DNA of 64,000 nucleotides, from assembly GCA_964495425.1 (NCBI GenBank), contig CAZBVG010000002.1, positions 78,570 through 142,569 of the forward strand. The letters run 5' to 3'. Both the position numbers and the translations under genes were made by a program. Positions 29,338-38,650 of the stretch are shown here, piece by piece. Positions within the stretch are counted from its first letter, which is position 1. Every line of letters starts with the position of its first letter. Under the pieces are notes generated by a model. That model was not told the DNA's origin and did no database searches. It was given only the letters and a program-made list of their open reading frames with translations. This DNA comes from an uncultured Candidatus Saccharibacteria bacterium. GTDB taxonomy: Bacteria; Patescibacteriota; Minisyncoccia; Phycocordibacterales; UBA6065.

Positions 29338-29549
29338 TGAATCTATTGCATGTCGTGCCACAGCTGCAGGAGACTTCGAAGGTTTGGTCGCTCTCACCTG
29401 AGTCGGGTAGTTGAAACTACTCGGGATAACATCTCAATGTCCACTGATCTTGTGTGATTTCAGAATACTGGTCACACGAGTCGGATTAACTGCGATGCAG
29501 TAGGTTCACTTCTTAACGCCGATCTTCCAAGATCAGGCGTTTTCTTTTT
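29338..29549 (+). ncRNA. Candidate multibranch structured ncRNA with own terminator
   Basis: Closing helix GAATCTATTGCAT/ATGCAGTAGGTTC enclosing 3-4 hairpins; terminator 29515-29549; no ORF in track. Confidence 0.65.
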
Positions 29550-29551
29550 GT

Positions 29552-30646
29552 CTAAACTTTAAACTCAATCACATCCCCGTCTTTGACGATATATTCCTTT
29601 CCTTCTGTTCTCACCCAACCTTTTTCTCGTGCGGCACCGTATGAACCAGCTTCTAACAGCTTGTTCCACTCAATAACTTCTGCCCGAACAAATTTGTCTT
29701 TAAAGTCGGTATGAATTGCAGTACCTGCAAGTGGCGCGGTCCAGCCCTTTTGAATAGTCCATCCTCGGGTTTCGTCTTCACCGGTAGTGAAATAGGTTAT
29801 CAGCCCCAAGAGTTCGTAGCTTTTTTTAATAAGAGCATCAATTCCATTGTCAGCTCCAAGCCCTGTGCGCATTTCTGTCTTTTCAGTATCAGTCATATCT
29901 TTGAGGTCGTGCTCAATACCGGCATCAACAATTACATACCCTGCACCATTTTCTTGAATGAACTTCATGAGCTTGGTAAAACGCTCGTCCTTCATTTCAT
30001 CAAGATTTCGTCCGCCTGATTTTTTATTAAGTACGTAAAGGATCTTTTTTGAGGTTAACAAGTGGAGTTGTCGATAGAATGGCGCCTCAAATTCGTCTGG
30101 TTGTACCGATGATGCAAGTTTGCCTGCTTCAAGTGCAGGTCGAACACGTTCAAGAAGTTTCATTTCTAACACCGCTTCTTTCCTGCCTCCCTTTACATCC
30201 TTACCGAGATTCACCATTCGCTTTTTTACGGTATCAAGGTCTGCAGCAATAAGCTCCATGTTTATGATCTCGATATCAAAAAGCGGATCAACTTTGTTTG
30301 CAACGTGAATAATGTCATCGTCCTCAAAAATACGAACCACTTCAGCGATCGCGTCGGTCTCACGTATATTTGAGAGGAATTTATTGCCCAATCCTTCACC
30401 CAAAGCAGCACCCTTTACAAGTCCTGCAATATCCACGAATTCTACCGCCGCAGGTACCGTTTTCTTTGATTTAGAAAATTCAGATAGCTTCCAGAGTCTT
30501 TCATCAGGAACAGCTACAACTCCCACTGATGGATCGATTGTTGCAAACGGATAGTTAGCCACAAGAACACTCTTTTTTGTAAGAGCATTAAAAAGTGTTG
30601 ATTTACCGACGTTTGGCAGACCAACAATGCCGATGGAAAGTGACAT
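29552..30646 (-). CDS. ychF: Ribosome-binding ATPase YchF
   Basis: GLPNVGKST, ANYPFATI, DIAGLV, EGKEYIVKDGD. Confidence 0.98.
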   Translation of the reverse strand: MSLSIGIVGLPNVGKSTLFNALTKKSVLVANYPFATIDPSVGVVAVPDERLWKLSEFSKSKKTVPAAVEFVDIAGLVKGAALGEGLGNKFLSNIRETDAIAEVVRIFEDDDIIHVANKVDPLFDIEIINMELIAADLDTVKKRMVNLGKDVKGGRKEAVLEMKLLERVRPALEAGKLASSVQPDEFEAPFYRQLHLLTSKKILYVLNKKSGGRNLDEMKDERFTKLMKFIQENGAGYVIVDAGIEHDLKDMTDTEKTEMRTGLGADNGIDALIKKSYELLGLITYFTTGEDETRGWTIQKGWTAPLAGTAIHTDFKDKFVRAEVIEWNKLLEAGSYGAAREKGWVRTEGKEYIVKDGDVIEFKV

Positions 30647-30663
30647 AGATGGCTAGACTATCA

Positions 30664-31251
30664 CTACTTAGCCTTCCTTCCAAGTCTGTATACCTTGTCC
30701 AACAATTTCTGACGATATTCAGGTGTAGACTGTCTCATACCTGAAAACCATGTCTTGCGAACTGGTGCAAAACCGGAAAATCGAAGCACTCCTCGAACCC
30801 AGCTGTTAATATTGCCTCCGAAAAGAACCCATAGTAGCAAAGGGTGCGAATCTGAGGTTGCAATAATGCGAGCGCTGCGCCCTTTTAATCTACGATACCA
30901 TCCAGGAATTTTTCCCTTTCTAAAGTTATATGCAAAACCAGGCATCCAGACTCGATCAACAAGCCCCTTCATAAGCGCAGGAATATCTGACCACCAAATT
31001 GGAAAAACTGACACAAAATGGTTAGACCATTTCACATTCTCCTGGAATGTAACGAGGTCTGGCTCGTATGGCTGAATAACCGAATAGCCTTTATGGAGAA
31101 TTGGATCGAATTTCATGTCTGCAAGGTGGGTTATTCGAACTTCATGACCTGATTCTCGGGCACCCTTTGCATAACTTTCAGCCAGTGCAGATGAAAACGA
31201 CTCATTATTTGGATGACCAACAAGAATGAAAATTTTTTTGGGCTGAGTCAT
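30664..31251 (-). CDS. Flavodoxin-fold NAD(P)H dehydrogenase (quinone)
   Basis: GHP...SF, FPIWW..PA.MKG..DRV..PGFAY. Confidence 0.9.
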   Translation of the reverse strand: MTQPKKIFILVGHPNNESFSSALAESYAKGARESGHEVRITHLADMKFDPILHKGYSVIQPYEPDLVTFQENVKWSNHFVSVFPIWWSDIPALMKGLVDRVWMPGFAYNFRKGKIPGWYRRLKGRSARIIATSDSHPLLLWVLFGGNINSWVRGVLRFSGFAPVRKTWFSGMRQSTPEYRQKLLDKVYRLGRKAK

Positions 31252-31478
31252 TACTTTTTCATTATGTTTTGAAGCTCATCCTTGTGCTTGTTCATAAGCT
31301 CCATCATGACTGTCTGCTGATCCTTGCCTGACTTCATTCCTTCCTGCAACTCTTTTGCAAGGTTTTCAAAAAAATCAGGATTTCGTTCAACCAAATCCAA
31401 AAGCATATCCTGTTCTGCCTGCGGAACACCTTTAAGTTGCGACTTCATCGCCTGTTTCATCAAAAATCGTTTAAGCAT
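31251..31478 (-). CDS. Small helical Met/Gln/Lys-rich hypothetical protein
   Basis: 75-aa ORF overlapping the next gene by one base. Confidence 0.75.
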   Translation of the reverse strand: MLKRFLMKQAMKSQLKGVPQAEQDMLLDLVERNPDFFENLAKELQEGMKSGKDQQTVMMELMNKHKDELQNIMKK

Positions 31479-31484
31479 AGGTAT

Positions 31485-32768
31485 TTATTTTATCAAAAAG
31501 GACCGTTTATCGCCATATATTTCAAGCGGGGCCTTGTCCCAACACGCAACAACATGATCCGCATATCTCCACAACGCCTCAATTTCATCTCTTCCGACAA
31601 ATTCTCGTGTTGAGCCAGTTAGGGCTGCATAAATTATATTTGCATACGCATCTCGATGTTTAGGTATCACAAACGTATCTGTGGTTCCATCCCTATTTTC
31701 AATCACAATTTCCTGCTCTGGTTGAATAGAAAAACGCATTGATTTTGGAAGACCAGAAATTTCCTTAAAGTCTACACGTATAAATGCCTCGGAAACGTGC
31801 ATTTTCTTTCCAGACTCTAGAAAAAGCGGCGTGCCAATCAATTTACCTGATGAAAGATGGGTTTCAACCTCAAATGCCGTTTCTGTTGCCGAGCGAGGAG
31901 TTACACCGTGCTCCTGGTGATACCCTTCGTATTGCCCACGGCGTGATAAATCACATGTTTTAAGTGGGGGTGCCAAATGCATGAATACTTCAGCACGCGC
32001 TTTTTGCCAAGCCTGATGCTTGTGCGCAGAATCAGGAAGTCGTGCGCATACAACCGCCAGCATCTCAAGCATATGGTTTTGGCCCACATCACGAAATGCT
32101 CCCACGCGATCGTATGATGCGCCTCGACCTTCAATTCCCTTAGTTTCGAAATGACGTATATGTATCGAAGAAACACTTTCTGCAGCAATCAGATTGTCGA
32201 AATCAAAGGTACTTTCGTGCAGATTCATCACTGCGAGCATAGTATCTTTACCTAAATAATGATCGACACGACAAATCTGTTCTTCGTTGAGGTATGAAAG
32301 GAGTTTATCCAGTGATTTTGCAGTTTTCTCGTCTGTACCAAATGGTTTTTCGATAAGAATACGAGTTTTTCCTTTAGTGAGAATGCGTGAGTCTTTGAGA
32401 GACTGTATTGCCAGTGGATGATTCTGTGGAGCAAGTGACAGATAAATAAACACACGGGTCAAACCATATTTTTTCTTTAATTCTGTAATGGTTTTCTTTA
32501 ATTTCTCATAGCCATGACCGCCTTCAATATCTATTTTTGAATACAAAACGCTTTTGAGAAATTCAGAAGAAACTGCAGTCTTCTTTTCAATAAGAAAGTT
32601 ATGAAAATCAGCGTGTTTCCAATCCCTACGAGATATGGCAAGTATTTTGGATCCTGGACCATAGGCACCCTCATCCATAAGCGAGCTGAGCGCAGGAAAA
32701 ATCTTTTTAACCGCTAGATCGCCGGTAGCACCGAAAAGTATAAAAAGAGTATTATTCGTGTAGGTCAT
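31485..32768 (-). CDS. zwf: Glucose-6-phosphate dehydrogenase, shortened and divergent
   Basis: FGATGDLA, EKPFG, RVDHYLGK, RDVGQNH. Confidence 0.88.
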   Translation of the reverse strand: MTYTNNTLFILFGATGDLAVKKIFPALSSLMDEGAYGPGSKILAISRRDWKHADFHNFLIEKKTAVSSEFLKSVLYSKIDIEGGHGYEKLKKTITELKKKYGLTRVFIYLSLAPQNHPLAIQSLKDSRILTKGKTRILIEKPFGTDEKTAKSLDKLLSYLNEEQICRVDHYLGKDTMLAVMNLHESTFDFDNLIAAESVSSIHIRHFETKGIEGRGASYDRVGAFRDVGQNHMLEMLAVVCARLPDSAHKHQAWQKARAEVFMHLAPPLKTCDLSRRGQYEGYHQEHGVTPRSATETAFEVETHLSSGKLIGTPLFLESGKKMHVSEAFIRVDFKEISGLPKSMRFSIQPEQEIVIENRDGTTDTFVIPKHRDAYANIIYAALTGSTREFVGRDEIEALWRYADHVVACWDKAPLEIYGDKRSFLIK

Positions 32769-32826
32769 GCCTGTATATCAAAGCATATAAAAAGGCCCGC
32801 GCGAAGCGCGGGCCAGTAATCCAACT

Positions 32827-33363
32827 CTACTTTATAGCGAGGCCAAAAAGTGTGCGTACCGGATACTCGAGAAAATAGTTAAATTTCTCCACCGGTCTAC
32901 GAACGACCTGTTGAAACAAGTCGTGCTCATTTCTGTACGAGTACTTCCACGTCGTTCGCTTACCAACGGTCAAAGTAACGTACTTATTATTACTCGGATG
33001 CCATGCCAGACCCGATTTGAGGTAGAAATCCATTCCACCAAGCTCGAATCCTCCTCTCAGAGCCTTCAGTTCCTTGCCACGGAGACCGAAATCAAAGAAA
33101 CCAATCGGAGAATCCTCCATCGTGTGACGAAGTGTTGTCCTTTCACTTTCATCAATCGGGACGGGATCAGACATTTTCGGTGTCGTATTAAACATCCGAT
33201 CCAAATCGTACAAAATGCTTTCATACGTTTTGGAATACTGCTTGGTCGTCACGCTAACCGTCGACATAACGACCACGTCATCTTTCGGCCTTTGAGCCGA
33301 GACGTTCGGTACAAGTACACACAGACTGACAATCGCAGACAAGAGGTACACTGCAATTTTCAT
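32827..33363 (-). CDS. Orphan secreted protein
   Basis: Signal-peptide-like MKIAVYLL..VSA; promoter TTGCCA-16-TATACT; terminator GGCCCGCGC/GCGCGGGCC near 32790-32815. Confidence 0.65.
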   Translation of the reverse strand: MKIAVYLLSAIVSLCVLVPNVSAQRPKDDVVVMSTVSVTTKQYSKTYESILYDLDRMFNTTPKMSDPVPIDESERTTLRHTMEDSPIGFFDFGLRGKELKALRGGFELGGMDFYLKSGLAWHPSNNKYVTLTVGKRTTWKYSYRNEHDLFQQVVRRPVEKFNYFLEYPVRTLFGLAIK

Positions 33364-33411
33364 AGGGTAAAAGAGCTGCAAATTCCTGTTAGCTGACCGA
33401 TGTAAGTATAG

Positions 33412-33774
33412 TCAGATGCGATATTTTGGCAAATAAAAAGACCCACACTTGGGCGGGTCTTTGCAATCGTGCGGATATTTAAAGAGGAACCGGGCCTCCG
33501 TACCAGGTCCCATAAAAGGACTTGGCAACCACACATTTCCGGTTTTGAGGTAATCCGAGGCACCGGCATCAATAAACTGGCCAAGAGACAGAAGCCTGTC
33601 AGTTGTGGCCGTAATGAGCGGTACCGCGGGAAATTCGATGACCTTTGTATTGGCCTGACGAAAACTAGATTGTTGAGAGGGTGAAAGAACGAACGCCGCT
33701 GCCGAGAGGATTGCTACCGTTAGCAATCCCTGTAAACGAAACCCGCAGGGGTTGGGGTGGTATCGAAAGGGCAT
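33412..33774 (-). CDS. Orphan protein with N-terminal hydrophobic segment
   Basis: Promoter TTTACA-17-TACACT; ORF reads through a terminator-like hairpin near 33434-33462. Confidence 0.5.
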   Translation of the reverse strand: MPFRYHPNPCGFRLQGLLTVAILSAAAFVLSPSQQSSFRQANTKVIEFPAVPLITATTDRLLSLGQFIDAGASDYLKTGNVWLPSPFMGPGTEARFLFKYPHDCKDPPKCGSFYLPKYRI

Positions 33775-33822
33775 TTGAGACTAAGAAGGAGTGTAGTACG
33801 AATGGCTATTTTTGTAAAGCTC

Positions 33823-35085
33823 TTATATTACCTCACCTAAATACGGCACGGAGAGATTTTTATAAAACCCTTTTGCCATAAACCGCGGCTCTCTTTCCCC
33901 TTTTTCCTCATCAACAATAGCCCGATGACTTGATGCGACATGTACTACACTTCTGCCGTACTTTTTATTAACTAAATCTATAGAATCAAATAACTGACGT
34001 CTTGTATCTTCCTTTTCTACTCCACCAAATAAATCTTCCTGACGGGCCACTGTGGGCATAAGTCCGTACAGTGTCACTCCGGTCGCTCGATACAAACAAT
34101 CTGAAACAAATATGTTATTAAATAAGCCCTTTACTTGTTCAAGAATATCGAATGTGTTTTCTAAGGGTATAAGCAGGCGAACCGAATCCCCTTTATATGT
34201 AAAAGTTTGTGTTTTAAGGTAAATAGAAATTTCTCGTACACACATCCTCATCTCTCGAAGTTTCTTTGCTGCATTTTCTACATTTTTTGATAACTGAGAA
34301 AACACATACTCTCTGTTATTTGAAGCCGGTACAAAGGTCCTCGTCTTCATAATTGATTTTTGAGGATCGTATTGTGACTCAACCTCGTACACTGATATGC
34401 AATTAAGTTCATACCACATCTCCTGCAGAGGTTTTGAAAAGTGTTCTTTAACCCATTCAAATGGTTTTGATGCCAAATTGAGCGCTGTACTAATACCCTT
34501 TTTGCTTAATTCATGTGTAGTCGCAGACCCAATACCCCACACACTGCCGATCGGTGTCTTGGCCAGAAGCTCTGGAACATCTTCTGGATTAAATATAGTT
34601 AATCCGTTTGGTTTGTTTCTTTTTGAAGCAGTCTTGGCAATCACCTTTGTTGGTCCAAGCCCTAGTGATACAGAGATGCCAAGTTCTTTGTGAATATCTG
34701 ATTTTATACGCTCAAGTACCGGTCGAGGATTTTCAGTAAATGATTTTATGTGGGTAAAGTCAGCAAAACATTCATCGATTGAATACTCGTGCACCTTGTC
34801 TGTATACCTTTTTACGATATCCATCATGCGACGAGAAAAAACGGCGTAAGCTTCATAATCTGAATTAACCACGATCACGTGAGGATGGAGTTTCCTGATC
34901 TGAAATACAGGCATGGCACGTGTAATACCTAACTTTTTAGCTTCATATGACATCGCAGAAGCAATTCCGCGCTCATATCCCGTAACAACAGCTTTGTTAC
35001 GTAGGGCGGGGTTTTTAGAGGCTTCCACTGCCACAAAGAACGAGTCCCCATCAAGATGCATGATGTATTTACGTTCTTTACTCAT
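33823..35085 (-). CDS. Y-family DNA polymerase (UmuC/DinB-like)
   Basis: HLDGDSFFVAVE, SYEAK, YSIDE, VWGIG, QEDLF clamp motif. Confidence 0.93.
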   Translation of the reverse strand: MSKERKYIMHLDGDSFFVAVEASKNPALRNKAVVTGYERGIASAMSYEAKKLGITRAMPVFQIRKLHPHVIVVNSDYEAYAVFSRRMMDIVKRYTDKVHEYSIDECFADFTHIKSFTENPRPVLERIKSDIHKELGISVSLGLGPTKVIAKTASKRNKPNGLTIFNPEDVPELLAKTPIGSVWGIGSATTHELSKKGISTALNLASKPFEWVKEHFSKPLQEMWYELNCISVYEVESQYDPQKSIMKTRTFVPASNNREYVFSQLSKNVENAAKKLREMRMCVREISIYLKTQTFTYKGDSVRLLIPLENTFDILEQVKGLFNNIFVSDCLYRATGVTLYGLMPTVARQEDLFGGVEKEDTRRQLFDSIDLVNKKYGRSVVHVASSHRAIVDEEKGEREPRFMAKGFYKNLSVPYLGEVI

Positions 35086-35375
35086 GCGTATTTGCGTACT
35101 ACGCCGACAACAACAGCTTCGACCTTTGCCTCTGTATGAAAAGAATCTCTATAACCAATTTTGAATACACCATCAAGAACCACAATGACAATATCGTGTG
35201 ATATTGGTTCTTTGGAACGATCGATCAACACAAGATCTCCACGAAGTATTCCAGCTTCACTCATAGAATCAGAATTGACCCGCAACATAAAAGTCGCCTC
35301 TTTGTTTTCTATGAGGTAGTCATCGATCGACATTGTGTCTAATGCACCTTCTTCTTCCTGTGTTCGAAAAGCCAT
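35082..35375 (-). CDS. UmuD-like S24 family protein lacking N-terminal arm
   Basis: ATFMLRVNSDSM..GI..GDLVLID; 4-nt overlap with polymerase gene. Confidence 0.82.
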   Translation of the reverse strand: MAFRTQEEEGALDTMSIDDYLIENKEATFMLRVNSDSMSEAGILRGDLVLIDRSKEPISHDIVIVVLDGVFKIGYRDSFHTEAKVEAVVVGVVRKYA

Positions 35376-35388
35376 TCCTCTATTATAA

Positions 35389-35404
35389 GTGAACGAGAGT
35401 TCAC
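35389..35404. promoter_or_regulatory. LexA (GAAC-N4-GTTC) box in promoter spacer
   Basis: GTGAAC-GAGA-GTTCAC between TTGTAG (-35) and TATAAT (-10) of the umuD-like gene. Confidence 0.78.
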
Positions 35405-36043
35405 CTACAACTGCGCTGGTTTTTCCCCGAGTGTTTTCTCTTTCTTGAAAAGTTGTGCGGCTAGCTCATAAATACCGTAGGTAATGAAATATGCAGCAAA
35501 AACATCGATTGAATAATGGAGATGACCCATAAGCGACACTGTTCCCAAAATTACTGACAAAATAATAAACGAAATTCGTAGACGCTTGTGTTCCCAGAAA
35601 ATGAGAGCAATCAGAAATGGCAAACCAGTGTGCCCCGAGAAAAAGAGATCAGCGCCGAATATAAAATTACTTGTCCAACTAAAAGGATCGAGTGGAATTT
35701 GGCTTGGAAATGGCGCTATGTGTGTAAGAGAAATAAAGATCGAGCGAACGACCACAAAAAGGCTGATGGTTTTGAGTGTAAACGGAATTCTGTGTGGATT
35801 TGATAATCCCACAAGAAAAATACATGCCACAAATACTATTGCACCCCACACAAACACCCCATCAACATCAAAAACAGGTATGTTGTCTAAAATAATATCG
35901 GTTACCGGATTACTCGCCACCGCTGTTGCATAGGTACCCGCATAGAAATTGATTACGAGGCTGGCAAAAAGGAAAATCCATGCCGAAACAAGCGAACCCA
36001 CGTACACTTTATCGCGCAGATGATGTTTATAGTGTTTAAGCAT
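35405..36043 (-). CDS. PAP2 superfamily membrane protein (sphingomyelin-synthase-like C-terminus)
   Basis: DLFFSGHT and HLHYSIDV motifs, about six TMs. Confidence 0.85.
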   Translation of the reverse strand: MLKHYKHHLRDKVYVGSLVSAWIFLFASLVINFYAGTYATAVASNPVTDIILDNIPVFDVDGVFVWGAIVFVACIFLVGLSNPHRIPFTLKTISLFVVVRSIFISLTHIAPFPSQIPLDPFSWTSNFIFGADLFFSGHTGLPFLIALIFWEHKRLRISFIILSVILGTVSLMGHLHYSIDVFAAYFITYGIYELAAQLFKKEKTLGEKPAQL

Positions 36044-36047
36044 GTGA

Positions 36048-37133
36048 TCAGAGTAATTTTGATAGTACGTTATGTATTGTAATCAAGGAATCCTTTGTTT
36101 TCCAGAGAGGTTTATATAAAAAATTACTCTGTGCAGTCAACAACCGAGAAAAATTAACCGCCTTTGAGGACGTCAAAAAGTATTGTTTGCTCCCAAGATA
36201 CACTGCAAGATACTCCTGCTCTGTCTGTCCTGGTGTTGGTATAAGGTACGCAGGTGTTTCAAGCTCTACAAGATCCATAATAGTTGTATAACCACTACGG
36301 GATATCACATATTTCGCGCGATTGAATAAATCCGCCCTTTGTTCACCTGAAACAGAAGGAATAATTTCAATAGAATGCTGAGGGATGGTTGTTACCTCCC
36401 TACCCTGTGGCTCACCCAGGACAAATACTTTCTTACCTGCTAATTGTTTGGCTCCCTCAATGAGAATTTTAATAAATTCCTCTTTGTGCTCCTCAAGATA
36501 GCCGCTGAGTACGAACAAGTAATCAATATCTTTAATAGTATTTTTCTTCTGAATCGACGAAAGAATACCGACAAAGGTATGCGGCAGCTTCTCGAGCATT
36601 GAATTATGAGATAACGTTCCCGCTAGTGCTGCCGCATCGTCCTTATAATCAGGAATAAAAACGTGATCAAATTTTTTAAATGTCTTGTAGTTAAAATAAT
36701 CTGCTATTTTTTGAAAAAAACCAAAGCCTTTTGGCATCACAAAGCTAATTTGATGGGAAATAATACATGATGGAATACCCTTTACATAAGCGCCATATCT
36801 ACCGTCGGAAATAATGAATTGCGGCTTAAGTTCCCCACACAGTTTTTCAACAAATCTATGTTCCTGCCTTATGATCCTGGTTGTAGCAAGAGAATCGGTA
36901 ATAAGGTACCAATAAAAAGCTATGTTCTTGCCCCGTTCGAGAGGTGGATAATCTGGAATATCATAGAAAGTTACCTCCTTACCATCTAAAGCAGTTTTGA
37001 GGTATACGAGCGCTTTCCCTGTACAGAGAATGTGTATCGAATGTGTATCGATGTATGAGTTTACAAGAGCAAGTGTACGAGTTGCGTGTCCAAGTCCTAA
37101 TGAACTTATACAAAATAATGCAGTTGGTTTCAT
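36048..37133 (-). CDS. GT-B glycosyltransferase (GT28/GT1-like)
   Basis: GLGHATR, ISRSGYTT, PTPGQTEQ. Confidence 0.88.
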   Translation of the reverse strand: MKPTALFCISSLGLGHATRTLALVNSYIDTHSIHILCTGKALVYLKTALDGKEVTFYDIPDYPPLERGKNIAFYWYLITDSLATTRIIRQEHRFVEKLCGELKPQFIISDGRYGAYVKGIPSCIISHQISFVMPKGFGFFQKIADYFNYKTFKKFDHVFIPDYKDDAAALAGTLSHNSMLEKLPHTFVGILSSIQKKNTIKDIDYLFVLSGYLEEHKEEFIKILIEGAKQLAGKKVFVLGEPQGREVTTIPQHSIEIIPSVSGEQRADLFNRAKYVISRSGYTTIMDLVELETPAYLIPTPGQTEQEYLAVYLGSKQYFLTSSKAVNFSRLLTAQSNFLYKPLWKTKDSLITIHNVLSKLL

Positions 37134-37810
37134 TTCACTCGTAATTTTCGCAAACGAATTATTTGAAATGCCGGTTCGTAAAAAGAGAATGTGGTAAAAA
37201 TATCTTTCATCATACCTATATCGCCTTTAATTCCTTTCCAAACTCCGTATTTTGCATGCTTAAATGGACTCGATACGTCAGGCCACAACACAATACGTAC
37301 GCGCGCTTTAGATTTAATAATGAGACTATTTAGAAATACCTCGAGACCAAATTTAGGAAGCGTAAGTATTTGATCAAGATGTTGTTCGATTAGACTTTTT
37401 CGAAATACACGCTCTCCTGAAATATAATCAAAACCAACAATTTTCCATAAACGTGGACTATTTCCTCGGTAGCTAATTGAAACATCAGCATTTCCTGAAA
37501 GTACTGGACCTACGAGATCAGTTACGCTCTTTTCCGTCAAGCCAACAAGATCTGCATCAAGAAAAAATAAAAATTCTCCTAAAGCAGCTCTGCAGCCATC
37601 ATAGATTGCACGACTTTTACCTTGATTTATCGTATGAACAATCAATTTTACGTTTTTATAAGACGCAACAATTTCCTTCGTCTTATCCTTCGATCCATCA
37701 TCAACGACAATTACTTCATCAATGAGCGGATGCATCGAAATAACTGAAAGCACGTTTTTAATACGAGATTCTTCGTTATATGTGGGTATAATGCAGGAAA
37801 TTTTAGCCAT
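37130..37810 (-). CDS. GT2 glycosyltransferase
   Basis: IIPTYNE, VVDDGS, FLDAD. Confidence 0.92.
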   Translation of the reverse strand: MAKISCIIPTYNEESRIKNVLSVISMHPLIDEVIVVDDGSKDKTKEIVASYKNVKLIVHTINQGKSRAIYDGCRAALGEFLFFLDADLVGLTEKSVTDLVGPVLSGNADVSISYRGNSPRLWKIVGFDYISGERVFRKSLIEQHLDQILTLPKFGLEVFLNSLIIKSKARVRIVLWPDVSSPFKHAKYGVWKGIKGDIGMMKDIFTTFSFYEPAFQIIRLRKLRVK

Positions 37811-38390
37811 GCTTCTTTTTTCGATAATTTCTATAGCCGTAACCTAGGATAAAGGCAACGATCACAATTCCAATGATGGTAATTCTACCATTCCATGTAT
37901 CGATTTCATCATACAATCCACCAAACGTATAACCGACATAGAGTAATGCACCAGTCCATACAAATTGACCTAGCATGTTAAATGCTAAATACCGCAGAAA
38001 AGGGATCCGGACAATTCCTGCGGTGAGCAATGTTACGACCGATAAACCAAATCCATTGGTAATTTTAGATATAAAAAGAACAGGGTCTTTATATCTATGA
38101 AAAAGTACTGAGGCTTTTTCCACACGCTTCTCTGTTATGCCAAGATATTTACCAAATTTACCTATCGCTCTATAACCATACTTATACCCCAAATAATACA
38201 AAACAGTGTCTCCAATAAGATCCCCAATCATGAGCACAGTGTAAACAGGTATTAGGCTGAAATATCCCTGGTGAAGCAATACACCGAGCAGTATTGAAAG
38301 CATGGGTCCAACAGGACACGCGAAAAAGGCAATTAATACATATACAACAAGTGGGTACTGAGTTGCCAAAACTATGAGCAATTCTTGCAT
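37803..38390 (-). CDS. DedA family membrane protein
   Basis: GDLIGD..YYLG, AG..RIPF.RY..FN; start moved to MQELL, 6 nt after TATACT. Confidence 0.88.
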   Translation of the reverse strand: MQELLIVLATQYPLVVYVLIAFFACPVGPMLSILLGVLLHQGYFSLIPVYTVLMIGDLIGDTVLYYLGYKYGYRAIGKFGKYLGITEKRVEKASVLFHRYKDPVLFISKITNGFGLSVVTLLTAGIVRIPFLRYLAFNMLGQFVWTGALLYVGYTFGGLYDEIDTWNGRITIIGIVIVAFILGYGYRNYRKKKHG

Positions 38391-38520
38391 ACAAAAAGTA
38401 TACCACTTACATGTATTTAATTTGATTTTATTTGTCCAAATTAGTGAATACGGTTTAATACACCTAAAAGCAACAATCCTACAAAAAACCAGCTTCATTA
38501 GAAGCTGGTTTTGCTAATTG

Positions 38521-38593
38521 TGGACCCTACAGGACTCGAACCTGCCACCCCCTCATTGCAAATGAGGTGCTCTACCAGATGAGCTAAGGGCCC
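38521..38593 (-). tRNA. tRNA-Ala(TGC), CCA not encoded
   Basis: Cloverleaf GGGCCCT...AGGGTCCA, G3:U70 pair, anticodon loop TT-TGC-AA, GGTTCGAGTCC. Confidence 0.97.
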
Positions 38594-38650
38594 GTATTAA
38601 GGACGGGAAATACTATAGCCTAAATCAAGCTAAATTTCAACAACTTCCCT

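Noticed and set aside
29338-29510. Lysine or cobalamin riboswitch, or 6S RNA
   Set aside because: Consensus motifs are not seen, there is no downstream gene on that strand, and the fold is branched rather than rod-like
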